A stretch of DNA of 64,000 nt, from positions 1,674,001 to 1,738,000 of the forward strand of contig CM075988.1 in assembly GCA_038087875.1 (NCBI GenBank), written 5' to 3'. A model generated the notes under the pieces. It saw nothing but the letters and a program-made list of their open reading frames with translations, did not search any database and was not told where the DNA came from. The DNA is from Malacoraja senta (taxonomy: Eukaryota). Shown one piece after another: positions 60,690 to 64,000 of the stretch. How positions within the stretch are numbered: position 1 is the first letter of the stretch; each line of letters opens with the position of its first letter. Made by a program: the position numbers and the translations under genes.

Positions 60690-61880
60690 TAGGCCATTCG
60701 GCTCGTCGAGTCATTCAATCATGGCTGATCTCTGCCTCCTAGTCCCATTTTCCTGCCTTCTCCCCATAACCCTTGACACCCGTTCTAATCAAGAAGTTGT
60801 CTATCTCTGCTTTAAAAATATCTACTGACTTGGCCTCCACAGCCCTCTGTGGCAATGAGTTCCATCGATTAACTGCCCTCTGACTAAAGAAGTTCCTCCT
60901 TACCTCTTTTCTAAAAGATCGCCCTTTAATTCTGAGGCTATGACCCCCTGGTCCACCAGTGGAAACATCCTTTCCACATCCACTCAATGCCTTTCATTAT
61001 TCTGTAATTTTACTTGAGGTCCCCCCTCAACTTTCTAAACTCCAGCGAGTAGAGGCCCAGTGCTGTTGTGCTCATCATATGCTCACCCACTCATTCCTGA
61101 AATCATTCTTCTAAACCTGCTCTGAACCCTCTCCAGAGCCAGCACATCCTTCCTCAGATATGGGGCCCAAATTTGCTCACAATACTCCCAAGTGCGGCCC
61201 GACCAGCGCCTTGTAGAGCCTCACCATTACATCTCTGTTTTTGTATTCCAGTCTTGATATAAATGCTAACATGGAATTTGCCTTCCTTACTACTGATTTG
61301 ACTTGCAAATTAACTTTTTTGGGAGTCCTGCACCAGAACTCTCAAGTCAAAGTGCCTCCGATTTCTGGATTCTCTCTCCATTTAGAAAATAATCTACGAC
61401 TTTATTCTTATTACCAAAAAGCATGACTCCGCACTTCGCTGCACTGAATTTCATCTGCCACTTCTCTGCCCACTCTCCTAACCTGTCCAAGTCTTTCTGC
61501 AGAGTCCTAGCTTCCTCTACACTGTCTGCCCCTCCATCTATCTTAACTTCTTCTGCAAACTTGGCCACAAAGCACTCAATCCCCTTATCCAAATCATAAA
61601 TCAACAACGTGAAGATAAGCAGCCTTAGCACCGACACTCGTGGAACTCCACTAGTCACTGGCAGCCAACCTGAAAAAGTGCCTTTTATTGCATCTTTGCC
61701 TTCTGCCATCCAGCCAACCCGCTATCCATGTTAGTATCTTCCCTTTAATACCATGGACTCTCATCTCCCCTTTGACGTGTGGTACCTTATCGAAGGCCTT
61801 CTGAAAATCTAGGTAAACAACATCTATAGCCTTCCCTCTGTCTGTCCTGCTATTAACTTCATCAGAGAACTCCATCAGAA
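60690..61880 (-). mobile_element. CR1 fragment whose 3' UTR hosts the DIRS; tail remnant at about 55920-55945
   Basis: RT remnants; ATAGGAGTAGAAT|TAGGCCATTCGG is rejoined when the DIRS is removed. Confidence 0.88.
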
Positions 61881-62674
61881 AGTTAAAATTACCTACCATC
61901 CAGGATGGGATAGCAAATTAGGTATAAAATTGGCTTGGTGGTTGGAGGCAAAAGATGACAGTGGACTGGAGGTGTGTGATGGGCAGTGTGCGGCAGGGAT
62001 CTCTGCAGGGTCCCCGCTGCCTGTCATATTAATGACTAGGATGAGAATGTAATGGGGATGCAATTAAGCTAAGGATGGTGTAGATGGAAGAAGTTACAAA
62101 GAAATGTTGCCAGGACTGGAGAGTTTGAGTTAGGAGATACGAGTTTGAGCTGGGGCTGAGCAAAGGAAGTTGAGTGGTGACTTTTGGAGAGGCTCAAAAT
62201 TATGAGGAGCTTGGCTAAAATAGATGGTACAATTTCTTTCCTGGGGTAGGGTAGTCAAAAACAAGAGAGTGCAGGCTTAAGGTAAAAGGGAATCCGAGGG
62301 GCAAGCTTTTCACACAGCTTGGGGAGATGGAATGGACTGCCAGAGGAAGTGGTAATGTTGGATACATATATAACATTTCACAAAAACATTTGGACAGGTA
62401 CATGGATAGGAAAGGTTCAGAGCTATAGACCAAATGCAGGTAAATTGGATTAGTGTAGATGGGCTTCTTGGTCAGCCTCGATGCAGAGGGCATTTCTCCG
62501 TGCCGTGCCGCTCTGATTCTGTAAACCTACTCAGATCTTGTCAGTCAAGACAAGATGTGTCTAACCTACACACTCTGCAGCACATCTCTGTGCTTCTGCC
62601 ACTTCTGAGATGTTCTTCATTAGACTTGGCTAATGTTTGCTGTTGTGAGAGATGTGTACATTGCTGTCCCACAG

Positions 62675-62781
62675 TGCGAGATGCTGCCGCCCGTCTGCCA
62701 AACGGGGAAGGGACTCGCGCAGAGATTTGTGAGCTGCTGAAGGACTCCCAGTTCCTGGCTCCTGAGGTCACCAATGCCCAG
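62675..62781 (+). CDS. NFRKB: NFRKB exon O: VRDAAARLPNGEGTRAEICELLKDSQFLAPEVTNAQ
   Basis: Nearly identical to VRDAAARLPNGEGTRAEICELLKDSQFLAPDVTSTQ; cacag| and CAG|gtaagg; gene continues beyond the window. Confidence 0.97.
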
Positions 62782-63117
62782 GTAAGGAGAAGCTGAAAGG
62801 CAGACTGTGCATGCTGTTTGAGTTCAGAATTGAGAGTATCACAGCGGCCAGGAGGAGAATTGTGGTGATGTGGAGTTTAAACACGGTGAACGGAGGAGCT
62901 GTGAATCTGCAGGGGGAGCAGGGAGGATGTTATCTTGTTGCACGTCCTCGAACCGCTTTGGATATAACACTGAGGTTGAAGATCACCCACGATCTTGATG
63001 AATGCTCTGACAGGTTCAGGGGGCCTGATGACTTACTCTTGTTTCCATTTCCTATGTAAGGTCCTCCGAGTTTTATAAGCATTCAGATGTTTGCAATAAA
63101 AGCAGAAGGAGGGCTAT

Positions 63118-63830
63118 TGGAGAGGAGCCACAGTCTTAGAATAAAGGGGAGGCCATTTAAGACTGTGAGAAAAAACGTTTTCACCCAGAGAGTTGTGAAT
63201 TTGTGGAATTCCCTGCCACAGAGAGCAGTGGAGGCCAAATCACTGGGTGGATTTAAGAGAGTTAGATAGAGCTCTAGGGGCTAGTGGAATCAAGGGATAT
63301 GGGGAGAATAAAAGGGGAGATATGGGGAGAAGGCAGGCACGGGTTATTGATTGGGGACGATCAGCCATGATCACGATGAATGGTGGTGCTGGCTCGAAGG
63401 GCTGAATGGCCTCCTCCTGCACCTATTTTCTATGTTTCTATGAGTCTTCGGGATAGGATTTTCTCCCATTTAGTAGAGAATGGGTTAATTAGGGACAGAC
63501 AGCATGGCTTTGTACGTGGGAGGTCGTGTCTTACTAATTTGATCACATTTTTGGAGGAGTTGACGAAGGTGATCAATGAGGGGAGGGCAGTGCATGTTGT
63601 CTATGTGGATTTTAGTGAGGCTTTTGATGGTAAGCTGATCCTGAAGATTAAGATGCATGGAATTCTGTATGGATTCAGAATTGGCTTACTGATAGAAGAC
63701 AAGGGGTTGTGGTGGACGGACAATATTCAGACTGGAGGTTGTGACCAGTGGAGTTGTGCAGGGATCCGTGCTGGGACCTCTGCTTGTTATATATATGAAT
63801 GACGGATGTAAATGTAGACAGGTTGGTTAA
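63118..63830 (+). mobile_element. CR1 fragments (young 3' end 63118-63442; older RT piece 63445-63830)
   Basis: TQRVVNLWNSLPQRAVEA plus TTTCTATG tail; QHGFVRGRSCLTNL. Confidence 0.85.
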
Positions 63831-64000
63831 TTATTTAGTTTTTTTAATTTAGAGATACAGCACGGGACATCCATCAGGGCCTCCCGCAGATTAGACTCAT
63901 TTTCCTTGCATTGCTACATGGTGACTCACCACAGTAATTTTTTTGAGATGTACTGTTATTACTGATATATTGATGTTAATGACTGTGAAGTGCCTCTCTC

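Overview
Eukaryotic genomic DNA, inferred to be cartilaginous fish (skate/ray-like) from its CR1 LINE and HE1/V-SINE-type repeat content. The window lies inside one + strand gene, NFRKB (INO80G). Fifteen consecutive internal coding exons (2872-62781) have canonical GT-AG boundaries and matching phases and join into one open frame covering the DEUBAD and winged-helix regions; the start and stop exons are outside the window. The introns are mostly transposable elements: a near-intact CR1 ORF2, a nested CR1/Rex1 stack, a structurally complete DIRS tyrosine-recombinase retrotransposon with a methyltransferase-like domain, fold-back Penelope-like elements, SINEs, a solo LTR, a MITE and Helitron ends. 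Most notable are (1) short TSD-flanked retroposons with a minimal hammerhead-ribozyme motif whose 5' ends fall at the ribozyme core, (2) repeated head-to-head palindromic Penelope insertions, (3) a recursive-splicing-type NFRKB exon and a candidate extra cassette exon, and (4) the DIRS terminal architecture. All family assignments come from motif recognition by eye; no searches were run.
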